Source: Haliotis rufescens (Eukaryota). From it: a stretch of 64,000 bases of DNA. Position numbers and translations under genes: made by a program. This document shows positions 38,701 to 50,032 of the stretch, piece after piece. The stretch lies in the NCBI RefSeq assembly GCF_023055435.1, contig NW_025963780.1:20398001-20462000 (forward strand), written 5' to 3'. A model generated the notes under the pieces. The model saw nothing but the letters and a program-made list of their open reading frames with translations, was not told where the DNA came from and searched no databases. Every line of letters starts with the position of its first letter. Within the stretch, counting starts at the first letter, position 1.

Positions 38701-41700
38701 TCTCTGAAAATGAAGTAAGTCTCTGGGGTCCTTTTTATTATATGTTATAACTATAATTTAACAACTGGGTTCTGTGTGTGTGTGTGTGTGTGTAAAACAT
38801 GTTCATTTCAGAGACTTGATGTCAATCAAGTCCCGCCCTATCGGTAACACCCGTCATGTCTGCTGCACCTCCATATCAACCTGTGTGGTATGGTAACCTG
38901 TATATATTTGTAAAGCCATGTCTACTGCAGCTCCATATCAACCTGTGTCATATGTTAGCATGTACATCTTTGTAAAGCCATGTCTGCTGCAGCTCCATAT
39001 CAACCTGTGTGGTATGGTAACATGTATATCTTTGTAAAGCCATGTCTGCTGCACCTCTATATCAACCTGTGTGATCTGTTAACATGCATATCTTTGTTAA
39101 GCCATGTCTGCTGCACCTCTATATCAACCTGTGTGATCTGTTAACATGCATATCTTTGCGAAGCCATGTCTGCTGCACCTCTATATCAACCTGTGTGATC
39201 TGTTAACATGCATATCTTTGTGAAGCCATGTCTGCTGCACCTCTATATCAACCTGTGTGATCTGTTAACATGCATATCTTTGCGAAGCCATGTCTGCCGC
39301 ACCTCCATATCAACCTGTGTGACCTGTTAACATGTATATCTTTGTGAAGCCATGTCTGCTGCACCTCTATATCAACCTGTGTGATCTGTTAACATGCATA
39401 TCTTTGTGGAGACATGTCTGCTGCACCTCTATATCAACCTGTGTGATCTGTTAACATGCATATCTTTGTGAAGCCATGTCTGCTGCACCTCTATATCAAC
39501 TTGTGTGATCTGTTAACATGTATATCTTTGCGAAGCCATGTCTGCTGCACCTCTATATCAACTTGTGTGATCTGTTAACATGTATATCTTTGCGAAGCCA
39601 TGTCTGCCGCACCTCTATATCAACCTGTGTGATCTGTTAACATGTATATCTTTGTAAAGCCATGTCTGCTGCACCTCTATATCAACTTGTGTGATCTGTT
39701 AACATGTATATCTTTGTGAAGCCATGTCTGCTGCACCTCTATATCAACCTGTGTGATCTGTTAACATGTATATCTTTGTGAAGTATTGTCTGCTGCACCT
39801 CTATATCAATTTGTGTGGTATGTTAACCTGTATATCTTTGTAAAGCCATGTCTGCTGCACCTCCATATCAACCTGTGTGATCTGTTAACATGCATATCTT
39901 TGTGAAGCCATGTCTGCTGCACCTCTATATCAACCTGTGTGATCTGTTAACATGTATATCTTTGTGAAACCATGTCTGCTGCACCTCTATATCAACTTGT
40001 GTGGTATGTTAACCTGTATATCTTTGTAAAGCCATGTCTCCTGACGTCTATATCAACATGTGCGATATGTTAACATGTATATATTTGTAAAGCCATGTCT
40101 GCTGCACCTCTATATCAACCTGTGTGATCTGTTAACATGCATATTTTTGTAAAGCCATGTCTGCTGCACCTCTATATCAACCTGTGTGGCATGTTAACAT
40201 GTATATCTTTGTAAAGCCATGTCTGCTGCACCTCTATATCAACCTGTGGGATCTGTTAACATGTATATCTTTGTAAAGCCATGTCTGCTGCACCTCCATA
40301 TAAACCTGTGCGATATGTTACCATGTATATCTTTGTAAAGCCATGTCTGCTGCACCTCTATATCAACCTGTGGGATCTGTTAACATGTATATCTTTGTAA
40401 AGCCATGTCTGCTGCACCTCCATATAAACCTGTGCGATATGTTACCATGTATATCTTTGTAAAGCCATGTCTGCTGACCTCTATATAAACCTGTGCGATA
40501 TGTTAACATGTATATCTTTATAAAGCCATGTCTGCTGCACCTCTATATAAACCTGTGTGATCTGTTTACATGTATATCTTTGTGAAGCCATGCCTGCCGC
40601 ACCTCTGTATCAACCTGTGTGATCTGTTAACATGTATATCTTTGTGAAGCCATGCCTGCTGCACCTCTATATCAACTTGTGTGATATGCTATTATGTATA
40701 TCCCTGCAGAGCCGTATTTACTGCACCTATTTATATATCGGTATATTTGAACAAACACTCTACATAACTGGTTCCAGAGTGCCAAAATAGGCTAGGCGGA
40801 AGAATATATTTGCCAAGAACATAACAAATCACTTGTGTGGGCATTACATTAGAGCGCGAAAACCCACAAGGAGACCGATACTGGTACTTCTCGACAGGCA
40901 ACGATGTATCCGATGGACACGTCAACGTCTAAGATGGACCAGGTTTAGGTGGTGTAACGTCGTCTTTAGTGACGTGACGAATCACGTTTTAATGTCAACG
41001 ATGCTGATGGGCGTGTTCGAGTGTATCGTCGAGCTGGTAAACGTTTCTATGATTGCTGTGTAATGCAAATGGTCGCAGGTGGAAGTGTTATGATTTGGGC
41101 AGGGAGTACTGGACGGGGTAGCACCGACCTTCACATTGTGGATGGCAATATCACGGGGATGAGATTTTGACTCCAATTGGCTCCAAATGCTCTCCGACAG
41201 TACATGGCATTTCAACACGACAATGCGAGTCAACATGTTGCCCCGATCTGTACTGCATTCCAGGCCCAAAGCAACATCGATGACTTACCGTGGCCAGTAT
41301 GTTCCCAGGTCCAATAGAGCATCTATGAGACAAGCTGGCGCATGCTTTGGTACAGTAATGGCAGAACATCAGAATGGTCAAGAGTGTCATCGAGTCGATG
41401 AGACGACATTGTCAAGCATGCATAGACTCCAGGGGAGGACAAATGCTTTACTGAACTGTTTGATTAGAGTTAAGAATGACACGTGTGATTTTGTCCTCTG
41501 AGGGTGCATGTGTTTGATGGCACGTCGTTTGAACTGTAAGTCTCACAGCTGAACAGACCACTTTTGTTGCAACATCACATGGAGCTTCTACATATGCTGT
41601 ATATTTTATACATTGACGTTTCCGACTCAATAGATTACGGTCGATTTGTCATGGTGTATCTGTATTTGTTGAATATATGTTAACATTTGGGTATTTGTGA

Positions 41701-42026
41701 GGCTTATTAACTTCATTCTTTTTGTATATCGGATAAGTGATGGTTGACTGTTTAACCTGCTCTTACAATTTCAAGTACATCATACTTAAAAACAATCTAC
41801 CTCCCGGGGCAAATGAAATTAAACGTACTGCAAATTCCAAGGTCAAACGTCACCACGCGACTCTTTGTATGACATGCCGGAATGTACGAATGGTCGTGAA
41901 TGTCAACTTACCCCCGCCATTCCTTGCACACATGTAGGGGAACTTCCAAATGCTTCCAACTCCGACCGTGTAGCCCATCAATGTCAGGAAGTAGTCCAGT
42001 TGGTGCGACCATATTTCCCCGCCCAT
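16079..42026 (-). CDS. SLC6/NSS (sodium:neurotransmitter symporter family) transporter, divergent; 13 coding exons, 593 aa
   Basis: Manual splice, minus strand: 42026-41912, 36947-36816, 33728-33413, 32502-32370, 31576-31442, 30137-30034, 27450-27326, 20609-20497, 18604-18476, 18256-18157, 17461-17361, 17167-16997, 16186-16079 = 1782 nt. All introns GT-AG with compatible phases and no internal stop. Motifs: WKFPYMCARNGGGSFLIP, LEMFVGQ, LPWTQC, SEEFF, LSGKIVYVT, VWMEA, ITYPEA, LGIDS, GGVY. Confidence 0.92.
16320..16520 (-). mobile_element. SINE family A copy (tRNA-Asp-like head, (ACTC)n tail)
   Basis: Reverse complement of the 53020 element. Confidence 0.82.
16997..17167 (-). CDS. SLC6 coding exon 12
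   Basis: VMFAFSLYSYHPPQFEEYNFPPWAKWFGWLISVATVIPTPILLIHSVYTAPGDSLRE; AG/GTGAGT. Confidence 0.9.
17361..17461 (-). CDS. SLC6 coding exon 11
   Basis: GVKRIDKAMVLLWGKHLSPIISFLWRFACPILLA; AG/GTGAGT. Confidence 0.9.
17537..17775 (-). mobile_element. SINE family B copy
   Basis: Reverse complement of the 62509 element. Confidence 0.8.
18157..18256 (-). CDS. SLC6 coding exon 10
   Basis: GGVYFLTLVEWYAFFPAIILFAMLECVVVGWIY; AG/GT. Confidence 0.9.
18476..18604 (-). CDS. SLC6 coding exon 9
   Basis: VPSYEVVTNMFSEWFPNFARRRWLLNACVLFPSFLLALPYMTQ; AG/GT. Confidence 0.88.
18811..20512 (-). repeat. 43-bp minisatellite, ~39 copies, derived from the SLC6 exon 8/intron 8 junction
   Basis: Plus-strand unit CTAACTCACCTGACTGTCTATTCCTTTTATGTGTACCAAACCA. 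The minus strand contains GGAATAGACAGTCAG|GTGAGT, versus the true junction GGAATAGACAGTTTG|GTGAGT. Confidence 0.95.
20497..20609 (-). CDS. SLC6 coding exon 8
   Basis: GFKLGFITYPEAASYLPLPQLWSVFLFVMLYTLGIDSL; AG/GTGAGT. Confidence 0.92.
21674..24162 (+). CDS. Harbinger Myb/SANT-like DNA-binding protein, 8 exons, 306 aa
   Basis: Exons 21674-21849, 22314-22379, 22627-22723, 22875-22944, 23129-23230, 23367-23480, 23625-23666, 23909-24162 (921 nt, GT-AG, open). Motifs RQSNFTSSEL, REWDAIAAKVNA, RTGAQLRKKWND, KTGGGP, and a C-terminal coiled-coil-like segment. Confidence 0.87.
24373..26580 (-). CDS. Harbinger (HARBI1-like) DDE transposase, 4 exons, 346 aa
   Basis: Exons 26580-26024, 25399-25277, 25086-24952, 24598-24373 (1041 nt, GT-AG, open). 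Motifs GAVDGTLI, RKGYHAINVQAICD, WPGSTHDS, LLGDSGY, RNTVERAFGVLKSRFRCL, LHNFC. Confidence 0.93.
27027..27268 (-). mobile_element. SINE family B copy
   Basis: Reverse complement of the 62509 element. Confidence 0.8.
27326..27450 (-). CDS. SLC6 coding exon 7 (TM7)
   Basis: DALFITVITLLSQIFFGFAVFCITGHVAFKRDVPIEHFQTS; AG/GT. Confidence 0.92.
28789..29962 (-). mobile_element. Non-autonomous DNA transposon (MITE), interrupted by a ~700-bp insert
   Basis: TIR TAGTTCTCGCTACCGC...GCGGTAGCGAGAACT; 28789-29160 and 29866-29962 are the reverse complement of 55968-56455. Confidence 0.78.
30034..30137 (-). CDS. SLC6 coding exon 6 (TM6)
   Basis: VWMEALGLSLYQMGISYGFLITMAAHNPVNNNCF; AG/GTGAGT. Confidence 0.92.
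30689..30945 (-). mobile_element. SINE family B copy
   Basis: Reverse complement of the 62509 element. Confidence 0.85.
31108..31372 (+). mobile_element. SINE family B copy, inverted relative to the 30689 copy
   Basis: CCCGTGAAGAT...TAGAATAGGTCTTCAGCAACCCATGCTTG...GCGGCGTTAAACAACAAC. Confidence 0.85.
31442..31576 (-). CDS. SLC6 coding exon 5
   Basis: IVYVTVSCPYILILVFLVRSSSLPGAVDGVMFFIMPHFEKLIDPK; AG/GT. Confidence 0.92.
31641..32300. repeat. Compound trinucleotide microsatellite (CTA/CTG/CCA)n in SLC6 intron 4
   Basis: Long imperfect CTA/CTG/TTG tract. Confidence 0.95.
32370..32502 (-). CDS. SLC6 coding exon 4
   Basis: NQVLDISDGVENMGTLRWPLIGCLAVTFLSVYLCLLNGVKLSGK; AG/GT. Confidence 0.92.
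33413..33728 (-). CDS. SLC6 coding exon 3 (TM3 and EL2 with N-glycosylation sequons)
   Basis: GVGLGSVMISWLFAIYYPVFFAW...LPWTQCNQEWNTQNC...SASEEFF; AG/GT boundaries. Confidence 0.92.
34614..34789. mobile_element. Tc1/pogo-type MITE with TA TSD
   Basis: TA|CAGTAAACTACGGTTATA...TATAACCGTAGTTTACTG|TA with internal TATAACGAA repeats. Confidence 0.85.
35827..36170. repeat. 135-bp tandem duplication containing decayed SLC6 exon 3 sequence
   Basis: AGAAGATGAGAAGT recurs at 35828, 35963 and 36098; the minus strand reads GSVMVSSLFTTY versus exon 3 GSVMISWLFAIY. Confidence 0.75.
36514..36620. mobile_element. Harbinger-type MITE (107 bp) with CAG TSD
   Basis: CAG|GGCCCACTTGCACAAAGCGATCTTAGCGCTA...TAGCGCTAAGATCGCTTTGTGCAAGTGGGCC|CAG. 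Confidence 0.88.
36816..36947 (-). CDS. SLC6 coding exon 2 (TM2)
   Basis: ttctttccag acceptor; GSFLIPFIIFTLLGSVPLTYLEMFVGQYSRGGPISAWKICPPLR; GTAGGT donor; 132 nt. Confidence 0.9.
37026..38447 (-). mobile_element. Penelope-like retroelement relic (RT + GIY-YIG), frameshifted, spans a gap
   Basis: YPTYATLMLGFLE, WKRFLDD, LTFLDV, DTDTHQYLDFGSCHPYHTKRNIPY, TCDTRNVIYLIVCSGCNEKYIGKT; 28-bp inverted ends at 37026-37053 and 38420-38447. Confidence 0.88.
38223..38419. other. Assembly gap
   Basis: Run of N. Confidence 1.
38856..40730. repeat. 62-bp minisatellite, ~30 copies, in SLC6 intron 1
   Basis: Unit ATCAACCTGTGTGATCTGTTAACATGCATATCTTTGTGAAGCCATGTCTGCTGCACCTCTAT. Confidence 0.96.
40830..41455 (+). 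pseudogene. Decayed Tc1 transposase fragment
   Basis: IRARKPTRRPIL...RWCNVVFSD, ESRFNVNDADGRVRVYRRAG, GGSVMIWAG, FQHDNA across broken frames. Confidence 0.8.
41912..42026 (-). CDS. SLC6 coding exon 1 (TM1)
   Basis: MGGEIWSHQLDYFLTLMGYTVGVGSIWKFPYMCARNGG, followed by a GTAAGT donor; in-frame TGA upstream of the ATG. Confidence 0.88.
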
Positions 42027-43560
42027 CCTGGATCCAAAACTTGTATTAGTTCATAAGCAAACGAAACGAGACACTGCAACACTTAAATAGGAGACACAGT
42101 TTATACCAGACCGTGCATGCCATGGACCCTGGGACTCCTGTTGTCTCCTGTGCAGACTCCTGTTGTCTCCTGTGCAGACTCCTGTTGTCAAAGTAATCAA
42201 TGGAGCAAAGAATTAGTATAATATCTAAGATATTTCTTAATCTAAGAACTAAGGACTAAGAAGCTATGTGAATGTGACGTAAGAATTGTGTGTGGATTTA
42301 AGAGTTATTATGGCTTAAAATTCTTTTAAGAACGTTTGTGAATACCGACAAAGGTTCTAATGAAATAATGCCAGTATTGATGCTTAACAATGGGGTTCAT
42401 TAAACCTTAATAATGCTATAAGGTTTGTTTGAGCTGACTGATCCCCTATAATATTATTTTACAATCATATCTACGTTATGGAAGCCCAGCTACCAGTAAT
42501 CCCATGCCTGTTGCATGTTGACAGTTTTATTTAGACCAGATAAAAGCACTAGTTTATTTCTATACACTAAATTTCATATTTTACTTCCCTTGTGTCGCCA
42601 AAGTCTCGCGATAGTGACGGGATTTTACTTCGAAAATGACATCAAAGTGAAGTCATAGTGATGAAATAGTGACTCAAAAGTGTTCTCATCCTGACAAAGG
42701 GGATGAAAGTGTATCGTAATACCGCGATAGTGATGCAACAGTGGCGGGAAAAGAGGGGAACTTATTTGTGAAATGCTGTGTATGTCCATGTGGCATTTAC
42801 ACATTAAAGTTTATACTTGGAACGAGGTATACTATATTTTCCTTAATTATTTGTTATTTTAAGATATAAAACTGAAAAAAAGCCACATTTCGATTTTTTC
42901 CAAGTACCAGAAACGCCACTTACCAATTTGACAGAAAGTACCTGGACAGTACAGGGATCAGTGTGTATAGTAATTTCAGATATGATAAAACCCTTATGCA
43001 CTCGCGCACGCACACAACCACACACACTATAAACTATTTCATACTCATTACACTGTTAGGTTTATGTTATATTTTAAATAAGGGCAAATGATGCTTGATT
43101 AGGATTGCACTTTACAGTTAACAACTGTATCTGCCATATCACAGCCGGACAAGTTGATAACGTTGTACAAAGATACCACTCAGCGACTTGAATGAATGGC
43201 CTCTATAAATGGATGAGTTTAAATGTCAGAAATTAATGCTTTGCTTGGTGATGAGGATGCCTAAAGTTTAGATCTTCAATTATTGAATCCATTTTCACAG
43301 TTGCAAATGGCGACAGAGCCTCCTGATGGACTAACTCGCTTTCTTGTCTCGTATTATCGCTTTATCGTCTCGTATTATCGCTTTCTCGTGACCGTATTTG
43401 AAGTCAATAGACCGATGTCCCCTCTGGCCCACCATACGATTTGGGGATTAACCTTGACTCTTCCATCAAACTTAACGTGCGTCGGCTTTAGCTTGTGTCC
43501 TTACCAAGGTCACATATAAATTCGAGGCTACAAAGAAAACGTCTTTGGGATTTTCCAGGC

Positions 43561-43810
43561 GTGAGTGAACTGAGTTTAACGCCACTTTGAACAGTATTTT
43601 AGTTATGTCACGGCGTGTCAGCTTGACGTGGTTAGAAAACCTGAAATGATGTAATTCTTGGACGTTTACCACTTCGGTGAGGCCCGCAACCACGGCAAAC
43701 CTATAGAAATAATCGGGGCGAAAAGGGAATCGAACCCACAATCATAGGTTTCTGGCATGCACAAGGGACGCAACCAATACTCTGCACAGCGAATTGCGGC
43801 TCTTAGACGT
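43561..43810 (-). mobile_element. SINE family C copy (diverged)
   Basis: Reverse-complement similarity to the 60992 element. Confidence 0.65.
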
Positions 43811-44914
43811 CTGTGCCATGGAACATGGAAATATGATGTGACTGCATTTATGTACTCAATCACTCAAATGAAAGATAATTTCGATATTCAATATGATACA
43901 GTTCAGTTAAAAGTTGTGTACCAAAACAGTTTTACTTTGGTCATAAAATTAGATTTACTGAATAAAATAATTGTAGTTGTTATTCAATTTTTTACCTATT
44001 TGAGTAGTCTTTAACAAGCATTGTGTTAACTGCTGTTGCATTTTTAAACGGAATAAAAAAGCAGAATGGAATTTGGACCTAATCTTGGCAGACTTATTGT
44101 GTTAAAATATGCCTGCACACGCGTAAATCCAAAGCTTTTTATCTATACGTGAACGAAATAATATTATGATCAAGTGCATGTCTCACAGGGCATAGTCCAA
44201 ATGACATCATCTCACTTGACATTAAAATACTAGCTTTTGATTGGCTAAGGAGAGGGCAATTATTTTCCATTGTAGTCCGCTCATGTACCCCATCCGAGAA
44301 ATCAATCGTAACACGCCTTAGGTAACTTTCTTTTCTCGCGTACGAGTCGCATAAGTATCGTTGAGCTGAAATGAACCGATGTTCAATGCATTGGGTAAAG
44401 GGAAGTAACTCGGTTTGAATGAATGTGGGCGAGACAAATTCGTTGCCAACCGATTACTCGGGGCATATGGTATGAAGTACCCCATGTGTGAGTCTATGTA
44501 CCCCGGGCCGTACACAGGCTCACAGATAACGTACACACCATATTCCTAGATTGATAACTGGGAAGGGTACCCATGTTAAACTGAGGCATGGTATCTCAAT
44601 GAGCTAGCACTATAAAACCGGCATTAGTCCGGACTAGTACAAGCAGACACACAGATGCATTCACGTGCTAAAATAAGCGCAATATTTTTTTTAGGCGACG
44701 TAAAGCCCTTTTCATCTCACCACCATTTTCATGTAACTTGTGCGTGACGTACACAATCACTTTGTCTGGTAACGCGAGTGAGTGAGTGAGCTGTGTTCTA
44801 CGCTGTTTTGAAGAGTATTTCAGCAATACCACTGTGTGTCAAGTTAATATTGAATGAGGGCCCCAGGTAGAAATTCCGTGTTATGTAGCCCCCAACTAAT
44901 GCTGGACAGTTGCT

Positions 44915-45186
44915 TGTGTGTTTGTTTGTTGTTTAACGCCGCACTCAGCAATATTCCAGCAACATCACGGCGGGGGACACCAGAAATGGGCTTCACACAT
45001 TGTACCCATGTCGGGCATCGAACACGGGTCTTCGGCGTGACGAGCGAACGCTATAACCAGTAGGCTACCCGACCGCCCCTTCCAGCTATATCGTGTCTGA
45101 ACCAGACAATCCAGTGATTGACATCATGAGCATCGATCTACGATGGCTGTGATATTGTCGAGTGCGGCCTTAAACAACAACCAACC
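44915..45186 (-). mobile_element. SINE family A copy nested in family B fragments
   Basis: Family A at 44926-45079, followed by a family B segment (CCAGACAATCCAGTGATTGACATC). Confidence 0.75.
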
Positions 45187-45581
45187 AGCGTTTGACGTTA
45201 ATCACGTTGATGAAACCCTTTAGCACATCTGGTGCTGCCAAACCATTGATCACAATCAGGATGAATCTGGGATTCGAACCTTGATAAGTTCATGCTGGAT
45301 GTTTGCAATCAACCTGCTTTTCATAGAGCCCATTTAATTAAAGAGAGTTGTCGGAACCTGATCACATGAAAAATTCAAAATTGTATTTGACGTCACAGCA
45401 CAATGAGGTATACTGTTTTAGGTAAGTGTACATTTATGCAATTTAAAAGAAGTTTACCAGTAACGCATTAACATGGAACTTTACAAATTTGATAAGTTTC
45501 AAGCATTACGTTCCCTCAAAATGTAACGAATATTTTCCAAACGAAGGCATACTTAAAACCGTTAAGAAAAGGTAAACACTT

Positions 45582-45843
45582 AGGGGCACAGTGGGCCCCT
45601 TGTCAAAGGGCCCGCAATCCGCTGTGCAGAGTTCTGCCCCTTGACCTCAGATCATGGATTCGAATCACAGATTCTTTCTGTTTATATTTCTAGGTTTGTC
45701 AGCACCAAACCATGCTCGTGCGTTTCACCAAAGTGGTAAATGTCTAACACACGCCTCACAGGGACGTTTCTACAACATTAAGCTGGCATGATGTGATATG
45801 AATGAAATAATGTTTAAAGCAGCGTGAAATCCAACTCACTCAC
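45582..45843 (+). mobile_element. SINE family C copy
   Basis: Similar to the 60992 element. Confidence 0.7.
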
Positions 45844-48179
45844 GAACTCTACCTGTTTAAATCGTATAAAGGCACAATAACTCACGTCAGTTTAGTCAGT
45901 TGGTCAGTTTCCACTACGTCACCAGACTACAATCCTATGTTATGATCGGGTGACAAGCAAACACAAGGAATAGGTCCAATTTACATGCAGAATGCGGTTA
46001 AGAGCATTTTGGAAAAGATAATGTCGCTGCTCGGATTCCTATTACAGACAGGTTATTGTTTTTATGTCACTTGTTCAAATTATTTTTTTCTCTGAAACGT
46101 GAAGCCGAACAATTTTAACTCAAACATATTTTTTCAAATCATCCGATCTGTCCAGCGAACCATTTATTTTGCTCAAAATCTTATAAAAGTCGTACCCTCG
46201 GGAGCGGTGATTTACACATTCTGACATTAGCACACACATTTACATGTTTTTAACTGTTAACCAATTCAATTACTAAATATAATTAAATACGGAGTAATGG
46301 TAATTTGATATTGTTTCAAGACTGTTACATCATTGGTTGAGTATGTAATATAACCTGCTATCACGAGATGGCATTAAATAACATCCTTTTTACCGATGTA
46401 TTGAACTAAATATTGTCATGCGTATGACATTCTACTGAGATTTTCCATTCATTGTTTGGAGGAATGCTGTTAAGGCGAGTTGGTCGCTTAAACTCGGTTA
46501 ATCAAAGCCAGATGTATTCCACCTCAGTCTGAGATTCGTTGATAAACATACGTCAACAAACACATTTATGATTGAATACAGACGAAGACCGACCGAATGA
46601 GTGAATGAGTTTAACTCCGGTTAGAACAGTATTTCAGTTATATCACGACGTGTAAGCTTGATGTGGATGGGAAACCTGAAATGAGGAGGGGCGTGGGGGT
46701 GTGGGTGGGGTGAGTTGGTGGGGGTGGGGGTGTTGGGGAGGGAGAATGCTGCTGAGGTTTAGTTTTCTGGAACACCTGGTGTCATCACTGATTTCCAAAA
46801 GGTCATTCATATAGTTTTCACAGCTACTTTGCCCATTCCGCCAAATGAAATATGTTTCGATGGATAATCAAGACTGGTTGTCCTACTGCATTGACGTTTA
46901 AATAGTTAGAGGGGGTACTACGCAATGCGTTTCTGGGGGAAAGGAACACATATTTTTTATCACATCATTTTTATCACATCATTTTCAGAACACCCAACAT
47001 GTCGAGTACATAATTAATTTTGAGGGGTAAACTAGAATTATGTTGTTTTCCTTTTTTGCCACAAAATCAAAAGGTTTTAGCCGTTTGCATTTGTAAAACT
47101 ACAAGGCAGGTATGGTGCTGAATATCTACAACTATTACCAGGGCGAATCTAAGATTCGAACCCATGGTCATAGGCTTCTTGAAAGCCCAAGGGGCACAAC
47201 TCTGCAAGTAATGAAGTTGATTTAAGTAATTAATTGCGCATATAAAATCTGGAATCAAAGTTATGCATTTATATAAACTTTGCGAATCAGAACAGAAAAA
47301 GAAAGTAACATTAGATGATATATTCTCACCTTACTTTCCTATCAGTGGACAAACAGTTTAGTAAGACCAGAGGTTAGTCACCAATAACATAGTTCAGAAC
47401 TTTCCGTCCAGTTCAAGTGGCATCTAAATAAGAATGAACTTGAACCGTGCCTTGACCAAACTGAAGCGGTTGTGAGGGGATAAAACTAGTTTAGGCTCAT
47501 TGTCCTCGTACAATTGACCTCGAATGAATGTCACAAAATTGAAGCAGTAGTTCATGATCTATACAGCATAATATCTTACCCTATCATTATTATTTTATTT
47601 TATTTATTTATTTATTTATTTGTTAGCTTAATTCTACAGTGAGTGAGTGAATATTGCTTAACGCCGCATCAGCAATTTTGCAGCTATTCGCGGCGACTTA
47701 ATTCTACACGTTAGGTTCCAAACTCTATTTAGTGTTGTCAGATCTACTGGTACCATAGTTCTACATAGAAGAAAATGTATGTTTAATTCCTCAATGTTTC
47801 AATGTTTACTCATTTCGAAAGATACTAGGTTTTGCATGTTCATGATCTGTGACGACAAATTTCTCTTATAAGGCAGTGCACGCGAGCATGCATTAATTAC
47901 ACATTAATTCGTCATCGTCATTCGTGGTCATGCGAGGTAAAGGTTTTCCTCTATGTGGCGTCATGTCCAAATCGTCTTGCTCAGCATAACATCATGGTTT
48001 GTCATAACGACGCCTTCCTCACCACCTTACCTGTAGCAGTGGCGAGTCTTTTTCAAAATGTAAGGATTGAACTATCCATTCTTGGCGAACATATCTGTTT
48101 CAGTCTTAGCGAGTCTCGTAAGATTGACAGTGTGTGCGTTAACAACCATACCAAGTTCCGAACTGTAGATTAAGTTTCC

Positions 48180-48360
48180 TTAGAAAAGGTCTTCAGCAAC
48201 CAATGTTTGCTGTAAAAGGCGACTAACGGAATCGGGTGGTCAGGCTTGCGGACTTGGTTGATACATGTCATCGTATCCCATTTGCGTGGATCGATGCTCA
48301 TGATGACAATCACTGGATTTGTCTGGTCCAGACTCGATTTATTTATATAGCTGGAATAGC
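48180..48360 (+). mobile_element. SINE family B copy, tail replaced by a minisatellite
   Basis: TAGAAAAGGTCTTCAGCAACC...ATAGCTGGAATA. Confidence 0.78.
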
Positions 48361-48377
48361 AAGGAAATTCCAGACAA

Positions 48378-50032
48378 AACCTCAACTGAACCCAGACAGA
48401 ACCTCCACTGAAATCATGCAGAACCTTCACTATAATCATGCAGAACCTTCACTGAAATCAAACAGGACCTTTACTGAAACAATGCAGAACCTTCCCTGGA
48501 AGCATGCAAAACCTTCACTGAAACCATGCATGTACAACCTTCACTGAAACCATGCATGTACAACCTTCACTGAAACCATGCATGTACAACCTTCACTGAA
48601 ACCATGCATGTACAACCTTCACTGAAACCATGCATGTACAACCTTCACTGAAACCATGCATGTACAACCTTCACTGAAACCATGCATGTACAACCTTCAC
48701 TGAAACCATGCATGTACAACCTTCACTGAAACCATGCAGGACCTTCACTGAAACCATGCATGTACAACCTTCACTGAAACCATGCAGGACCTTCACTGAA
48801 ACCATGCATGTACAACCTTCACTGAAACCATGCATGTACAACCTTCACTGAAACCATGCAGGACCTTCACTGAAACCATGCATGTACAACCTTCACTGAA
48901 ACCATGCATGTACAACCTTCACTGAAACCATGCAGGACCTCCACTGAAACCATGCATGTACAACCTTCACTGAAACCATGCATGCACAACCTTCACTGAA
49001 ACCATGCATGTACAACCTTCACTGAAACCATGCATGTACAACCTTCACTGAAACCATGCATGTACAACCTTCACTGAAACCATGCATGTACAATCTTCAC
49101 TGAAACCATGCATGTACAACCTTCACTGAAACCATGCAGGACCTCCACTGAAACCATGCATGTACAACCTTCACTGAAACCATGCATGTATAATCTTCAC
49201 TGAAACCATGCAGGACATCCACTGAAACCATGCAGGACCTTCACTGAAACCATGCATGTACAACCTTCACTGAAATCATGCAGAATCTTCACTGAAACCA
49301 TGCAGAGCCTTCACTGAAACAATGCAGGAACTCCACTGAAACCATGCATGACCTTCACTGAAACCATGCAGAACCTTCACTGTAATCATGCAAAACCGTC
49401 ATTGAAACCATGCAGGAACTCCACTGGAATCATGCAAAAACTTCACTGAAACCATTTAGAACCTTCACTGAAACCATGCAGGACCTCCACTGAAACCATG
49501 CATGTACAACCTTCACTGAGACAATGCGGAACTACACTGAAACTATGCAGATTCTCCACTGATCCATGCATAAAAAAACATATGTTTCCACTGAACCTAG
49601 GCTAAACCTCCAATGAAACCATGCAGGACCTCTGCTGCAACCATGCAGGACCTCCACTGGACCGTACCCAGAGAAACCCTCCACGGAAACCATGCAGGAC
49701 CTCCACTGAAACCATGCATGCACAACCTCCATTGAAACGATGTATGCACAACCTCCACGGAAACTATGCATGCAGATTTTCCACTGCAACCATGCATGAA
49801 AAAAACCAGTGAACCTCCAGTGAAATAATGCATGCACAACCTTCGCTAAAATTATGCATGCATAGTCTCCACTGAAACTATGGCAGGGTAGCAACAAGTG
49901 CCATCTTTTTAACGTCTTTTGGTATGATGCCGACCTCCACTGAAACCTTGCAGAACCTCCACGGAAACCATGCATGCATATTCTCCACTGAAACCATACA
50001 TGCAGGGCTTCAAATGAATCCATGCATGCAGA
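48378..50032. repeat. 26/22-bp minisatellite with homogeneous core and degenerate flank
   Basis: Units TCACTGAAACCATGCATGTACAACCT and TCACTGAAACCATGCAGGACCT. Confidence 0.95.

Noticed and set aside
42924-47423. Candidate 5' UTR exons of SLC6 (donor at 42924; AG-GT segment 47423-47330)
   Set aside because: Splice-like motifs only; cannot be supported without transcript data.
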